Shown here: positions 63,120-63,201 of the stretch, piece by piece
Layout of the letters: the number at the start of each line of letters is the position of its first letter
How positions within the stretch are numbered: position 1 is the first letter of the stretch
From: a virus
Lineage: Duplodnaviria; Caudoviricetes
Direction: 5' to 3' (one strand)
Virus record (IMG/VR): IMGVR_UViG_3300022562_002172
Coordinates: 1 to 63,201 of that record
DNA: 63,201 bases
Made by a program: the position numbers and the translations under genes
The notes under the pieces: generated by a model
What the model was told of the DNA's origin: nothing
The model's input: only the letters and a program-made list of their open reading frames with translations
Database searches by the model: none

Positions 63120-63201
63120 TTATCTTTTCGTATCTGGTCCATCGCGGCGCGGAGAAGGTCCCCGGCCGAGACTGAGTTGATGTTGGAGTCCGTCTCCAGA
63201 T
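63110..63201 (-). CDS. 3' end of a gene truncated by window end
   Basis: LETDSNINSVSAGDLLRAAMDQIRKDNGV-stop; TAG lies inside tRNA-Pro. Confidence 0.5.
   Translation of the reverse strand, partial: LETDSNINSVSAGDLLRAAMDQIRKDNGV

Noticed and set aside
1-63201. Genome-wide stop-codon recoding
   Set aside because: Standard-code ORFs tile the window densely, conserved genes are uninterrupted, and TAA, TAG and TGA all end plausible genes
1-63201. CRISPR array, rRNA, integrase or transposase
   Set aside because: No regularly spaced repeats, rRNA-like segments or recombinase/transposase motifs seen

Overview
High-GC (roughly 65% by eye), gene-dense segment of a large (jumbo-type) bacteriophage genome; the host is uncertain (a myxobacterium is a weak guess). 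It carries replication and recombination genes (family A DNA polymerase, stand-alone primase Zn finger, RecA/UvsX, half-SbcC, RuvB, RuvC, a RuvA-CTD protein, probable SSB, Dam), nucleotide enzymes (dCTP deaminase, MazG-like, two HD, two Nudix, NADAR), three sigma-like factors, host-type genes (DnaJ, CorA, TerC, SPFH, ferritin-like, receiver domain, CX5R phosphatase, VanW, AAA+), an endolysin, five tRNAs and a tmRNA. Most unusual signals: (1) ten otherwise unrelated proteins share a C-terminal [VI]xx[VI]M[E]x-stop tail, often after a Zn-binding module; (2) at least three of them appear to be N-terminal, middle and C-terminal fragments of a major capsid protein; (3) a tRNA with anticodon UUA (ochre suppressor); (4) tRNA genes that contain the stop codon of the upstream CDS, in a genome with its own tmRNA; (5) an HNH gene between a half tRNA-Arg and a full tRNA-Arg; (6) pervasive GTAnnnT-N5-8-start leaderless-type promoters. 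All protein family calls are from motif recognition by eye, not database searches.
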